NCBI GenBank assembly: GCA_964016885.1
Contig: OZ024748.1
Location: 35,092,001-35,156,000 of the forward strand
Direction: 5' to 3'
DNA length: 64,000 nucleotides
Source of the DNA: Eledone cirrhosa
Taxonomy: Eukaryota
Shown here: positions 24,158-36,700 of the stretch, piece by piece
How positions within the stretch are numbered: position 1 is the first letter of the stretch
Layout: every line of letters starts with the position of its first letter
Made by a program: the position numbers and the translations under genes
The notes under the pieces: model-generated
What the model was told of the DNA's origin: nothing
Databases searched by the model: none
The model's input: only the letters and a program-made list of their open reading frames with translations

Positions 24158-24300
24158 AATTGTATATACATATATCCCCTTAAACTCTGACACACCTGTG
24201 CTATAGTAACTGTTATCACCACAGTACCTCCCACACTGCTGACTCCCCTGCTGTCCAACCCCGTCAATAATGTAGAAAGAGCTCTTCAGTATCAATAATA

Positions 24301-24515
24301 AATTATTGATAGAAATGACAGGTTAGCTTGTGAAGTTAAGTAGTTGTGGTCAGTGAAAAAGGTGGTGGTAATACCAATAATAGTTGGAGTCTTGGGAACT
24401 GTGAGTAAAGATCTTCAGAAGGACACAAATAGGGATTGGAATACAGATGGAACACTTACAAAATACAGCATTGCTTGGAACAGATCGAATATACTGGTGG
24501 GTACTCGAAAAATAA
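24301..24515 (+). mobile_element. R4/Dong-clade non-LTR retrotransposon, C-terminal end of ORF (RLE region), 5'-truncated
   Basis: Translation (with a frameshift) DRLACEVK*LWSVKKVVVIPIIVGVLGTVSKDLQK / IGIGIQMEHLQNTALLGTDRIYWWVLEK*, stop TAA at 24513-24515. This resembles the R4/Dong terminus L..E...LW...V.V.P.V.GALG.....L......LQK.ALLGT.RI. Preceded by AATAATA. Confidence 0.85.
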
Positions 24516-24525
24516 GGATGAACAA

Positions 24526-24718
24526 CTAGAGATGTATTACAGTGGACTGAGGTAACACCCCTTATCTCGGTTTCTAACACTACAGATGTATTACAGTGAA
24601 CTGAGGTAACACCTCTTATCTAAGCTTCTAACACTAGAGATGTATTACAGTGGACTGAGATAACACCCCTTATCTCAGCTTCTAATACTAGAGATGTATT
24701 ACAGTTAACTGAGGTAAC
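24526..24718 (-). repeat. ~3.6 inverted monomers of the 54-bp satellite
   Basis: CTAGAGATGTATTACAGTGGACTGAGGTAACACCCCTTATCTC... is the reverse complement of the array monomer. Confidence 0.97.
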
Positions 24719-27700
24719 ACTGTAATACATCTCTAGTATTAGAAGCTGAGATAAGGGGTGTTACCTCAGTCCACTAATACATCTCTTGAGTTGGAAGCTG
24801 AGATAAGGAGTGTTACCTCAGTCCACTGTAATACATCTCTAGTGTTGGAAGATGAGATAAGGGGTGTTACCTCAGTCCACTGTAATACATCTCTAGTGTT
24901 AGAAGCTGAGATAAGGGGTGTTACCTCAGTCCACTGTAATACATCTCTAGTGTTGGAAGATGAGATAAGGGGTGTTACCTCAGTCCACTGTAATACATCT
25001 CTAGTGTTGGAAGATGAGATAAGGGGTGTTACCTCAGTCCACTGTAATACATCTCTAGTGTTAGAAGCTGAGATAAGGGGTGTTACCTCAGTCCACTGTA
25101 ATACATCTCTAGTGTTAGAAGCTGAGATAAGGGGTGTTACCTCAGTCCACTGTAATACATCTCTAGTGTTAGAAGCTGAGATAAGGAGTGTTACCTCAGT
25201 CCACTGTAATACATCTCTAGTGTTGGAAGATGAGATAAGAGGTGTTACCTCAGTCCACTGTAATACATCTATAGTGTTAGAAGCTGAGATAAGGGGTGTT
25301 ATCTCAGTCCACTGTAATACATCTCTAGTGTTAGAAGCTGAGATAAGGGGTGTTACCTCAGTCCACTGTAATACATCTCTAGTGTTAGAAGCTGAGATAA
25401 GGGGTGTTATCTCAGTCCACTGTAATACATCTCTAGTGTTAGAAGCTGAGATAAGGGGTGTTACCTCAGTCCACTGTAATACATCTCTAGTGTTAGAAGC
25501 TGAGATAAGGGGTGTTATCTCAGTCCACTGTAATACATCTCTAGTGTTAGAAGCTGAGATAAGGGGTGTTACCTCAGTCCACTGTAATACATCTCTAGTG
25601 TTGGAAGATGAGATAAGAGGTGTTACCTCAGTCCACAGTAATACATCTTTAGTGTTAGAAATTGAGATAAGGGTTGTTACCTCAGTCCACTGTAATACAT
25701 CTCTAGAGTTGGAAGCTGAGATAAGGGGTGTTACGTCAGTCCACTGTAATACATCTATAGTGTTACAAGCTGAGATAAGGGGTGTTACCTCTGTTCACTG
25801 TAATACATCTATAGTGTTAGAATCTGAGATAAGGGGTGTTACCTCAGTCCACTGTAATACATCTCTAGTGTTAGAAGCTGAGATAAGGGGTGTTACCTCA
25901 GTCCACTGTGATACATCTCTAGTGTTAGAAGCTGAGATAAGGGGTGTTATCTCAGTCCACTGTAATACATCTCTAGTGTTAGAAGCTGAGATAAGGGGTG
26001 TTACCTCAGTCCACTGTAATACATCTCTAGTGTTAGAAGCTGAGATAAGGGGTGTTACCTCAGTCCACTGTAATACATCTCTAGTGTTAGAAGCTGAGAT
26101 AAGGGGTGTTACCTCAGTCCACTGTAATACATCTCTAGTGTTAGAAGCTGAGATAAGGGGTGTTACCTCAGTCCACTGTAATACATCTCTAGTGTTAGAA
26201 GCTGAGATAAGGGGTATTACCTCAGTCCACTGTAATATATCTCTAGTGTTAGAAGCTGAGATAAGGGGTGTTATGTCAGTCCACTGTAATACATCTCTAG
26301 TGTTAGAAGCTTAGATAAGAGGTGTTACCTCAGTTCACTGTAATACATCTCTAGTGTTAGAAGCTGAGATAAGGGGTGTTATCTCAGTCCACTGTAATAC
26401 ATCTCTAGAGTTGGAAGCTGAGATAAGGGGTGTTACCTCAGTCCACTGTAATACATCTCTAGTGTTGGAAGATGAGATAAGGGGTGTTACCACAGTCCAC
26501 TGTAATACATCTCTAGAGTTGGAAGCTGAGATAAGGGGTGTTACCTCAGTCCACTGTAATACATCTCTAGTTTTGGAAGCTGAGATAAGGGGTGTTACCT
26601 CACTCCACTGTAATACATCTCTAGAGTTGGAAGCTGAGATAAGGGGTGTTACCTCAATCCACTGTAATACATCTATAGTGTTAGAAGCTTAGATAAGGGG
26701 TGTTACCTCAGTCCACTGTAATACATCTCTAGTGTTAGAAGCTGAGATAAGGGGTGTTACTTCAGTACACTGTAATACATCTCTCGTGTTAGAAGCTGAG
26801 ATAAGGGGTGTTATCTCAGTCCACTGTAATACATCTCCAGTGTTAGAAGCTGAGATAAGGGGTGTTACCTCAGTCCACTGTAATATATCTCTAGTGTTAG
26901 AATCTGAGATAAAAGGTGTTACCTCAGTCCACTGTAATACATCTCTAGTGTTAGAAGCTGAGATAAGGGGTGTTACCTCAGTGCACTGTAATACATCTCT
27001 AGTGTTGGGAGCTGAGATAAGGGGTGTTACCTCAGTCCACTGTAATACATCTCTAGTGTTAGAAGCTGAGATAAGAGGTGTTATCTCAGTCCACTGTAAT
27101 ACATCTCTAGTGTTAGATGCTGAGATAAGGGGTGTTACCTCAGTCCACTGTAATATATCTCTAGTGTTAGAATCTGAGATAAGGGGTGTTACCTCAGTCC
27201 ACTGTAATATATCTCTAGTGTTGGAAGCTGAGATAAGGGGTGTTACCTCAGTCCACTGTAATACATCTCTAGTGTTAGAAGCTGAGATAAGAGATGTTAT
27301 CTCAGTCCACTGTAATACATCTCTAGTGTTAGAAGCTGAGATAAGGGGTGTTACCTCAGTCCACTGTAATATATCTCTAGTGTTAGAATCTGAGATAAGG
27401 GGTGTTACGTCAGTCCACTGTAATACATCTCCAGTGTTAGAAGCTGAGATAAGGGGTATTATCTCAGTCCACTGTAATACATCTCTAGTGTTAGAAGCTG
27501 AGATAAGGGGTGTTACCTCAGTCCACTGTAATACATCTCTAGTGTTAGAAGCTGAGATAAGGGGTGTTACCTCAGTCCACTGTAATACATCTCTAGAGTT
27601 GGAAGCTGAGATAAGGGTGTTATCTCAGTCCACTGTAATACATCTCTAAAGTTGGAAGCTGTGATAAGGGTGTTATCTCAGTCCACTGTAATACATCTCT

Positions 27701-30700
27701 AGTGTTAGAAGCTGAGATAAGGGGTGTTACTTCAGTCCACTGTAATACATCTCTAGTGTTAAAAGCTGAGATAAGGGGTGTTATCTCAGTCCACTGTAAT
27801 ACATCTCCAGTGTAAGAAGCTGAGATAAGGTGTGTTATCTCAATCCACTGTAATACATCTCTACTGTTAGAAGCTGAGATAAGGGCTGTTATCTCAGTCC
27901 ACTGTAATACATCTCTAGTGTTAGAAGCTGAGATAAGGAGTGTTACCTCAGTCCACTGTAATACATCTCTAGTGTTGGAAGATGAGATAAGAGGTGTTAC
28001 CTCAGTCCACTGTAATACATCTTTAGTGTTAGAAGCTGAGATTAGGGGTGTTACCTCAGTCCACTGTAATACATCTCTAGGGTTAGAAACTGAGATAAAG
28101 GGTGTTATCTCAGTCCACTGTAATACATCTCTAGAGTTAGAAGCTGAGATAAGGGGTGTTATCTCAATCCACTGTAATACATCTCTAGTGTTAGAAACTC
28201 AGATAAGGAGTTACCTCAGTCCACTGTAATACATCTCTAGTGTTGGAAGATGAGATAAGGGGTGTTACCTCAGTCCACTGTAATATATCTCTAGTGTTAG
28301 AATCTGAGATAAGAGGTGTTACCTCAGTCAACTGTAATACATCTCTAGTGTTAGAAGCTGAGATAAGGGGTGTTACCTCAGTCAACTGTAATACATCTCT
28401 AGTGTTAGAAGCTGAGATAAGGGGTGTTACCTCAGTCAACTGTAATACATCTCTAGTTTTGGAAGCTGAGATAAGGGGTGTTACCTCAGTTCACTGTAAT
28501 CCACTGTAATACATCTCCAGTGTAAGAAGCTGAGATAAGGTGTGTTATCTCAATCCACTGTAATACATCTCTAGTGTTAGAAGCTGAGATAAGGAGTGTT
28601 ACCTCAGTCCACTGTAATACATCTCTAGTGTTGGAAGATGAGATAAGAGGTGTTACCTCAGTCCACTGAAATACATCTCTAGTGTTAGAAGCTGAGATAA
28701 GGAGTGTTACCTCAGTCCACTGTAATACATCTCTAGAGTTGGAAGCTGAGATAAGGGGTGTTACGTCAGTCCACTGTAATACATCTCCAGTGTTAGAAGC
28801 TGAGATAAGGGGTGTTACCTCAGTTCACTGTAATACATCTCCAGTGTTAGAAGCTGAGATAAGGGGTGTTACCTCAGTTCACTGTAATACATCTCTAGAG
28901 TTGGAAGCTGAGATAAGGGGTGTTACGTCAGTCCACTGTAATACATCTATAGTGTTACAAGCTGAGATAAGGGGTGTTACCTCAGTCCACTGTAATACAT
29001 CTCTAGTGTTGGAAGCTGAGATAAGGAGTGTTACCTCAGTCCACTGTAATACATCTCTAGTTTTGGAAGCTGAGATAAGGGGTGTTACCTCAGTTTACTG
29101 TAATACATCTCTAGTTTTGGAAGCTGAGATAAGGGGTGTTACCTCAGTCCACTGCAATACATCTCTAGTGTTAGAAGCTGAGATAAGGGGTGTTACCTCA
29201 GTCCACTGTAATACATCTCTAGTGTTAGAAGCTGAGATAAGGGGTGTTACCTCAGTCCACTGTAATACATCTCTAGAGTTGGAAGCTGAGATAAGGGTGT
29301 TATCTCAGTCCACTGTAATACATCTCTAAAGTTGGAAGCTGAGATAAGGGTGTTATCTCAGTCCACTGTAATACATCTCTAGTGTTAGAAGCTGAGATAA
29401 GGGGTGTTACTTCAGTCCAATGTAATACATCTCTAGTGTTGGAAGATGAGATAAGAGGTGTTACCTCAGTCCACTGTAATATATCTCTAGTGTTAGAATC
29501 TGAGATAAGAGGTGTTACCTCAGTCCACTGTAATACATCTCTAGTGTTAGAAGCTGAGATAAGGGGTGTTACCTCGGGCCACTGTAATACATCTCTAGTG
29601 TTAGAAGCTGAGATAAGGGGTGTTACCTCAGTCCACTGCAATACATCTCTAGTGTTAGAAGCTGAGATAAGGGGTGTTACCTCAGTCCACTGTAATACAT
29701 CTCCAGTGTTAGAAGCTGAGATAAGGGGTGTTACCTCAGTCCACTGTAATACATCTCTAGAGTTGGAAGCTGAGTTAAGGGGTGTTACCTCAGTCCACTG
29801 TAATACATCTCTAGTGTTAGAAGCTGAGATAAGGGCTGTTATCTCAGTCCACTGTAATACATCTCTAGAGTTGGAAGCTGAGATAAGGGGTGTTAACTCA
29901 GTCCACTGTAATACATCTCTAGTGTTAGAAGCTGAGATAAAGGGTGTTACCTCAGTCAACTGTAATACATCTCTAGTGTTAGAAGCTGAGATAAGGGATG
30001 TTATCTCAGTCCACTGTAATACATCTGTAAAGTTGGAAGCTGAGATAAGGGTGTTATCTCAGTCCACTGTAATACATCTCTAGTGTTAGAAGCTGAGATA
30101 AGGGGTGTTACTTCAGTCCACTGTAATACATCTCTAGTGTTAGAAGCTGAGATAAGGGGTGTTATCTCAGTCCACTGTAATACATCTCCAGTGTAAGAAG
30201 CTGAGATAAGGTGTGTTATCTCAATCCACTGTAATACATCTCTACTGTTAGAAGCTGAGATAAGGGCTGTTATCTCAGACCACTGTAATACATCTCTAGT
30301 GTTAGAAGCTGAGATAAGGAGTGTTCCCTCAGTCCACTGTAATACATCTCTAGTGTTGGAAGATGAGATAAGAGGTGTTACCTCAGTCCACTGTAATACA
30401 TCTTTAGTGTTAGAAGCTGAGATTAGGGGTGTTACCTCAGTCCACTGTAATACATCTCTAGTGTTAGAAACTGAGATAAAGGGTGTTATCTCAGTCCACT
30501 GTAATACATCTCTAGAGTTAGAAGCTGAGATAAGGGGTGTTATCTCAATCCACTGTAATACATCTCTAGTGTTAGAAACTCAGATAAGGAGTTACCTCAG
30601 TCCACTGTAATACATCTCTAGTGTTGGAAGATGAGATAAGAGGTGTTACCTCAGTCCACTGTAATACATCTCTAGTGTTAGAATCTGAGATAAGAGGTGT

Positions 30701-33700
30701 TACCTCAGTCCACTGTAATACATCTCTAGTGTTAGAAGCTGAGATAAGGGGTTTTACCTCAGTCCACTGTAATACATCTCTAGTGTTAGAAGCTGAGATA
30801 AGGAGTGTTATCTCAGTCCACTGTAATACATCTCTAGAGCTGGAAGCTGAGATAAGGGGTGTTACCTCAGTTCACTGTAATACATCTCCAGTGTTAGAAG
30901 CTGAGATAAGGGGTGTTACCTCAGTCCACTGTAATACATCTCTAGTGTTAGAAGCTGAGATTAGGGGTGTTACCTCAGTCCACTGTAATACATCTCTAGT
31001 GTTAGAAGCTGAGATAAGGGGTGTTACCTCAGTCCACTGTAATACATCTCTAGTGTTAGAAGCTGAGATAAGCAGTGTTATCTCAGTCCACTGTAATACA
31101 TCTCTAGAGCTGGAAGCTGAGATAAGGGGTGTTACGTCAGTTCACTGTAATACATCTCCAGTGTTAGAAGCTGAGATAAGGGGTGTTACCTCAGTCCACT
31201 GTAATACGTCTCTAGTGTTAGAAGCTGAGATAAGGGGTGTTACTTCAGTTCACTGTAAAACATCTCCAGTGTTGGAAGCTGAGATAAGAGGTGTTACCTC
31301 AATCCACTGTAATAGACCTGTAGAGTTGGAAGCTGAGATAAGGGGTGTTACCTCAGTCCACTGTAATACATCTCTAGTGTTAGAAGCTGAGATAAGGGGT
31401 GTTACCTCAGTCCACTGTAATACATCTCTAGTGTTAGAAGCTGAGATAAGGGGTGTTACCTCAGTCCACTGTAATATATCTCTAGTGTTAGAATCTGAGA
31501 TAAGGGGTGTTACGTCAGTCCACTGTAATACATCTCTAGTGTTAGAAGCTGAGATAAGGGGTGTTACCTCAGTCCACTGTAATACATCTCTAGTGTTAGA
31601 AGCTGAGATAAGGGGTGTTACCTCAGTCCACTGTAATACATCTCTAGTGTTAGAAGCTGAGATAAGGGGTGTTACCTCAGTTCACTGTAATACATCTCCA
31701 GTGTTAGAAGCTGAGATAAGGGGTGTTACCTCAGTCCACTGTAATACGTCTGTAGAGTTAGAAGCTGAGATAAGGGGTGTTACCTCAGTTCACTGTAATA
31801 CATCTATAGTGTTAGAATCGTAGATAAGGGGTGTTACCTCAGTCCACTGTAATACATCTATAGTGTTAGAAGCTGAGATAAGGGGTGTTACCTCAGTTCA
31901 CTGTAATACATCTCCAGTGTTAGAAGCTGAGATAAGGGGTTTATCTCAATCCACTGTAATACATCTCTAGTGTTAGAAGCTGAGATAAGGAGTGTTACCT
32001 CAGTCCACTGTAATACATCTCTAGTGTTGGAAGATGAGATAAGAGGTGTTACCTCAGTCCACAGTAATACATCTTTAGCGTTAGAAACTGAGATAAGGGG
32101 TTTTACCTCAGTCCACTGTAATACATCTCTAGTGTTAGAAGCTGAGATAAGGAGTGTTATCTCAGTCCACTGTAATACATCTCTAGAGCTGGAAGCTGAG
32201 ATAAGGGGTGTTACGTCAGTTCACTGTAATACATCTCCAGTGTTAGAAGCTGAGATAAGGGGTGTTACCTCAGTCCACTGTAATACATCTGTAGAGTTAG
32301 AAGCTGAGATAAGGGGTGTTACCTCAGTCCACTGTAATACATCTCTAGAGTTAGAAGCTGAGATAAGGAGTGTTACCTCAGTCCACTGTAATACATCTCT
32401 AGTTTTGGAAGCTGAGATAAGGGGTGTTACTTCAGTCCACTGTAATACATCTCTAGTGTTAGAAGCTGAGATAATGGGTGTTACCTCAGTCCACTGTAAT
32501 ACATCTATAGTGTTACAAGCTGAGATAAGGGGTGTTACCTCAGTTCACTGTAATACATCTATAGTGTTAGAATCGTAGATAAGGGGTGTTACCTCAGTCC
32601 ACTGTAATACATCTATAGTGTTAGAAGCTGAGATAAGGGGTGTTACCTCAGTTCACTGTAATACATCTCCAGTGTTAGAAGCTGAGATAAGAGGTTTATC
32701 TCAATCCACTGTAATACTTCTCTAGTGTTAGAAGCTGAGATAAGGAGTGTTACCTCAGTCCACTGTAATACATCTCTAGTGTTGGAAGATGAGATAAGAG
32801 GTGTTACCTCAGTCCACAGTAATACATCTTTAGCGTTAGAAACTGAGATAAGGGGTGTTACCTCAGTCCACTGTAATACCTCTCTAGAGTTGGAAGCTGA
32901 GATAAGGGGTGTTACGTCAGTCCACTGTAATACATCTATAGTGTTACAAGCTGTTATAAGGGGTGTTACCTCAGTCCACTGTAATACATCTCTAGTTTTG
33001 GAAGCTGAGATAAGGGGTGTTACCTCAGTCCACTGTAATACATCTGTAGAGTTAGAAGCTGAGATAAGGGGTGTTACCTCAGTCCACTGTAATACATCTC
33101 TAGAGTTAGAAGCTGAGATAAGGGGTGTTACCTCAGTCCACTGTAATACATCTCTAGTGTTAGAAGCTGAGATAAGGGGTGTTACCTCAGTCCACTGTAA
33201 TACATCTATAGTGTTACAAGCTGAGATAAGGGGTGTTACCTCAGTTCACTGTAATACATCTATAGTGTTAGAATCGTAGATAAGGGGTGTTACCTCAGTC
33301 CACTGTAATACATCTATAGTGTTAGAAGCTGAGATAAGGGGTGTTACCTCAGTTCACTGTAATACATCTCCAGTGTTAGAAGCTGAGATAAGGGGTTTAT
33401 CTCAATCCACTGTAATACATCTCTAGTGTTAGAAGCTGAGATAAGGAGTGTTACCTCAGTCCACTGTAATACATCTCTAGTGTTGGAAGATGAGATAAGA
33501 GGTGTTACCTCAGTCCACAGTAATACATCTTTAGCGTTAGAAACTGAGATAAGGGGTTTTACCTCAGTCCACTGTAATACATCTCTAGTGTTAGAAGCTG
33601 AGATAAGGAGTGTTATCTCAGTCCACTGTAATACATCTCTAGAGATGGAAGCTGAGATAAGGGGTGTTACGTCAGTTCACTGTAATACATCTCCAGTGTT

Positions 33701-36700
33701 AGAAGCTGAGATAAGGGGTGTTACCTCAGTCCACTGTAATACATCTCTAGTGTTAGAAGCTGAGATAAGGGGTGTTACTTCAGTTCACTGTAAAACATCT
33801 CCAGTGTTGGAAGCTGAGATAAGAGGTGTTACCTCAATCCACTGTAATAGACCTGTAGAGTTGGAAGCTGAGATAAGGGGTGTTACCTCAGTCCACTGTA
33901 ATACATCTCTAGTGTTAGAAGCTGAGATAAGGGGTGTTACCTCAGTCCACTGTAATACATCTCTAGTGTTAGAAGCTGAGATAAGGGGTGTTACCTCAGT
34001 CCACTGTAATATATCTCTAGTGTTAGAATCTGAGATAAGGGGTGTTACGTCAGTCCACTGTAATACATCTCTAGTGTTAGAAGCTGAGATAAGGGGTGTT
34101 ACCTCAGTCCACTGTAATACATCTCTAGTGTTAGAAGCTGAGATAAGGGGTGTTACCTCAGTTCACTGTAATACATCTCCAGTGTTAGAAGCTGAGATAA
34201 GGGGTGTTACCTCAGTCCACTGTAATACATCTGTAGAGTTAGAAGCTGAGATAAGGGGTGTTACCTCAGTCCACTGTAATACATCTCTAGAGTTAGAAGC
34301 TGAGATAAGGAGTGTTACCTCAGTCCACTGTAATACATCTCTAGTTTTGGAAGCTGAGATAAGGGGTGTTACTTCAGTCCACTGTAATACATCTCTAGTG
34401 TTAGAAGCTGAGATAATGGGTGTTACCTCAGTCCACTGTAATACATCTATAGTGTTACAAGCTGAGATAAGGGGTGTTACCTCAGTTCACTGTAATACAT
34501 CTATAGTGTTAGAATCGTAGATAAGGGGTGTTACCTCAGTCCACTGTAATACATCTATAGTGTTAGAAGCTGAGATAAGGGGTGTTACCTCAGTTCACTG
34601 TAATACATCTCCAGTGTTAGAAGCTGAGATAAGGGGTTTATCTCAATCCACTGTAATACTTCTCTAGTGTTAGAAGCTGAGATAAGGAGTGTTACCTCAG
34701 TCCACTGTAATACATCTCTAGTGTTGGAAGATGAGATAAGAGGTGTTACCTCAGTCCACAGTAATACATCTTTAGCGTTAGAAACTGAGATAAGGGGTGT
34801 TACCTCAGTCCACTGTAATACATCTCTAGAGTTGGAAGCTGAGATAAGGGGTGTTACGTCAGTCCACTGTAATACATCTATAGTGTTACAAGCTGAGATA
34901 AGGGGTGTTACCTCAGTCCACTGTAATACATCTCTAGTTTTGGAAGCTGTGATAAGGGGTGTTACCTCAGTCCACTGTAATACATCTCTAGTTTTGGAAG
35001 CTGAGATAAGGGGTGTTACCTCAGTTCACTGTAATACATCTCTAGTTTTGTAAGCTGAGATAAGGGGTGTTACCTCAGTCCACTGTAATACATCTCTAGT
35101 TTTGGAAGCTGAGATAAGGGGTGTTACCTCAGTCCACTGTAATACATCTCTAGTGTTAGAAGCTGAGATAAGGGGTGTTACCTCAGTCCACTGTAATACA
35201 TCTCTAGTGTTAGAAGCTGAGATAAGGGGTGTTACCTCAGTCCACTGTAATACATCTCTAGTGTTAGAAGCTGAGATAAGGGGTGTTACCTCAGTTCACT
35301 GTAATACATCTCCAGTGTTAGAAGCTGAGATAAGGGGTGTTACCTCAGTCCACTGTAATACATCTGTAGAGTTAGAAGCTGAGATAAGGGGTGTTACCTC
35401 AGTCCACTGTAATACATCTCTAGAGTTAGAAGCTGAGATAAGGAGTGTTACCTCAGTCCACTGTAATACATCTCTAGTTTTGGAAGCTGAGATAAGGGGT
35501 GTTACTTCAGTCCACTGTAATACATCTCTAGTGTTAGAAGCTGAGATAATGGGTGTTACCTCAGTCCACTGTAATACATCTATAGTGTTACAAGCTGAGA
35601 TAAGGGGTGTTACCTCAGTTCACTGTAATACATCTATAGTGTTAGAATCGTAGATAAGGGGTGTTACCTCAGTCCACTGTAATACATCTATAGTGTTAGA
35701 AGCTGAGATAAGGGGTGTTACCTCAGTTCACTGTAATACATCTCCAGTGTTAGAAGCTGAGATAAGGGGTTTATCTCAATCCACTGTAATACTTCTCTAG
35801 TGTTAGAAGCTGAGATAAGGGGTGTTACCTCAGTCCACTGTAATACATCTCTAGTTTTGGAAGCTGAGATAAGGGGTGTTACCTCAGTCCACTGTAATAC
35901 ATCTCTAGTGTTAGAAGCTGAGATAAGGGGTGTTACCTCAGTCCACTGTAATACATCTCTAGTGTTAGAAGCTGAGATAAGGGGTGTTACCTCAGTCCAC
36001 TGTAATACATCTCTAGTGTTAGAAGCTGAGATAAGGGGTGTTACCTCAGTTCACTGTAATACATCTCCAGTGTTAGAAGCTGAGATAAGGGGTGTTACCT
36101 CAGTCCACTGTAATACATCTGTAGAGTTAGAAGCTGAGATAAGGGGTGTTACCTCAGTCCACTGTAATACATCTCTAGAGTTAGAAGCTGAGATAAGGAG
36201 TGTTACCTCAGTCCACTGTAATACATCTCTAGTTTTGGAAGCTGAGATAAGGGGTGTTACTTCAGTCCACTGTAATACATCTCTAGTGTTAGAAGCTGAG
36301 ATAATGGGTGTTACCTCAGTCCACTGTAATACATCTATAGTGTTACAAGCTGAGATAAGGGGTGTTACCTCAGTTCACTGTAATACATCTATAGTGTTAG
36401 AATCGTAGATAAGGGGTGTTACCTCAGTCCACTGTAATACATCTATAGTGTTAGAAGCTGAGATAAGGGGTGTTACCTCAGTTCACTGTAATACATCTCC
36501 AGTGTTAGAAGCTGAGATAAGGGGTTTATCTCAATCCACTGTAATACTTCTCTAGTGTTAGAAGCTGAGATAAGGAGTGTTACCTCAGTCCACTGTAATA
36601 CATCTCTAGTGTTGGAAGATGAGATAAGAGGTGTTACCTCAGTCCACAGTAATACATCTTTAGCGTTAGAAACTGAGATAAGGGGTGTTACCTCAGTCCA

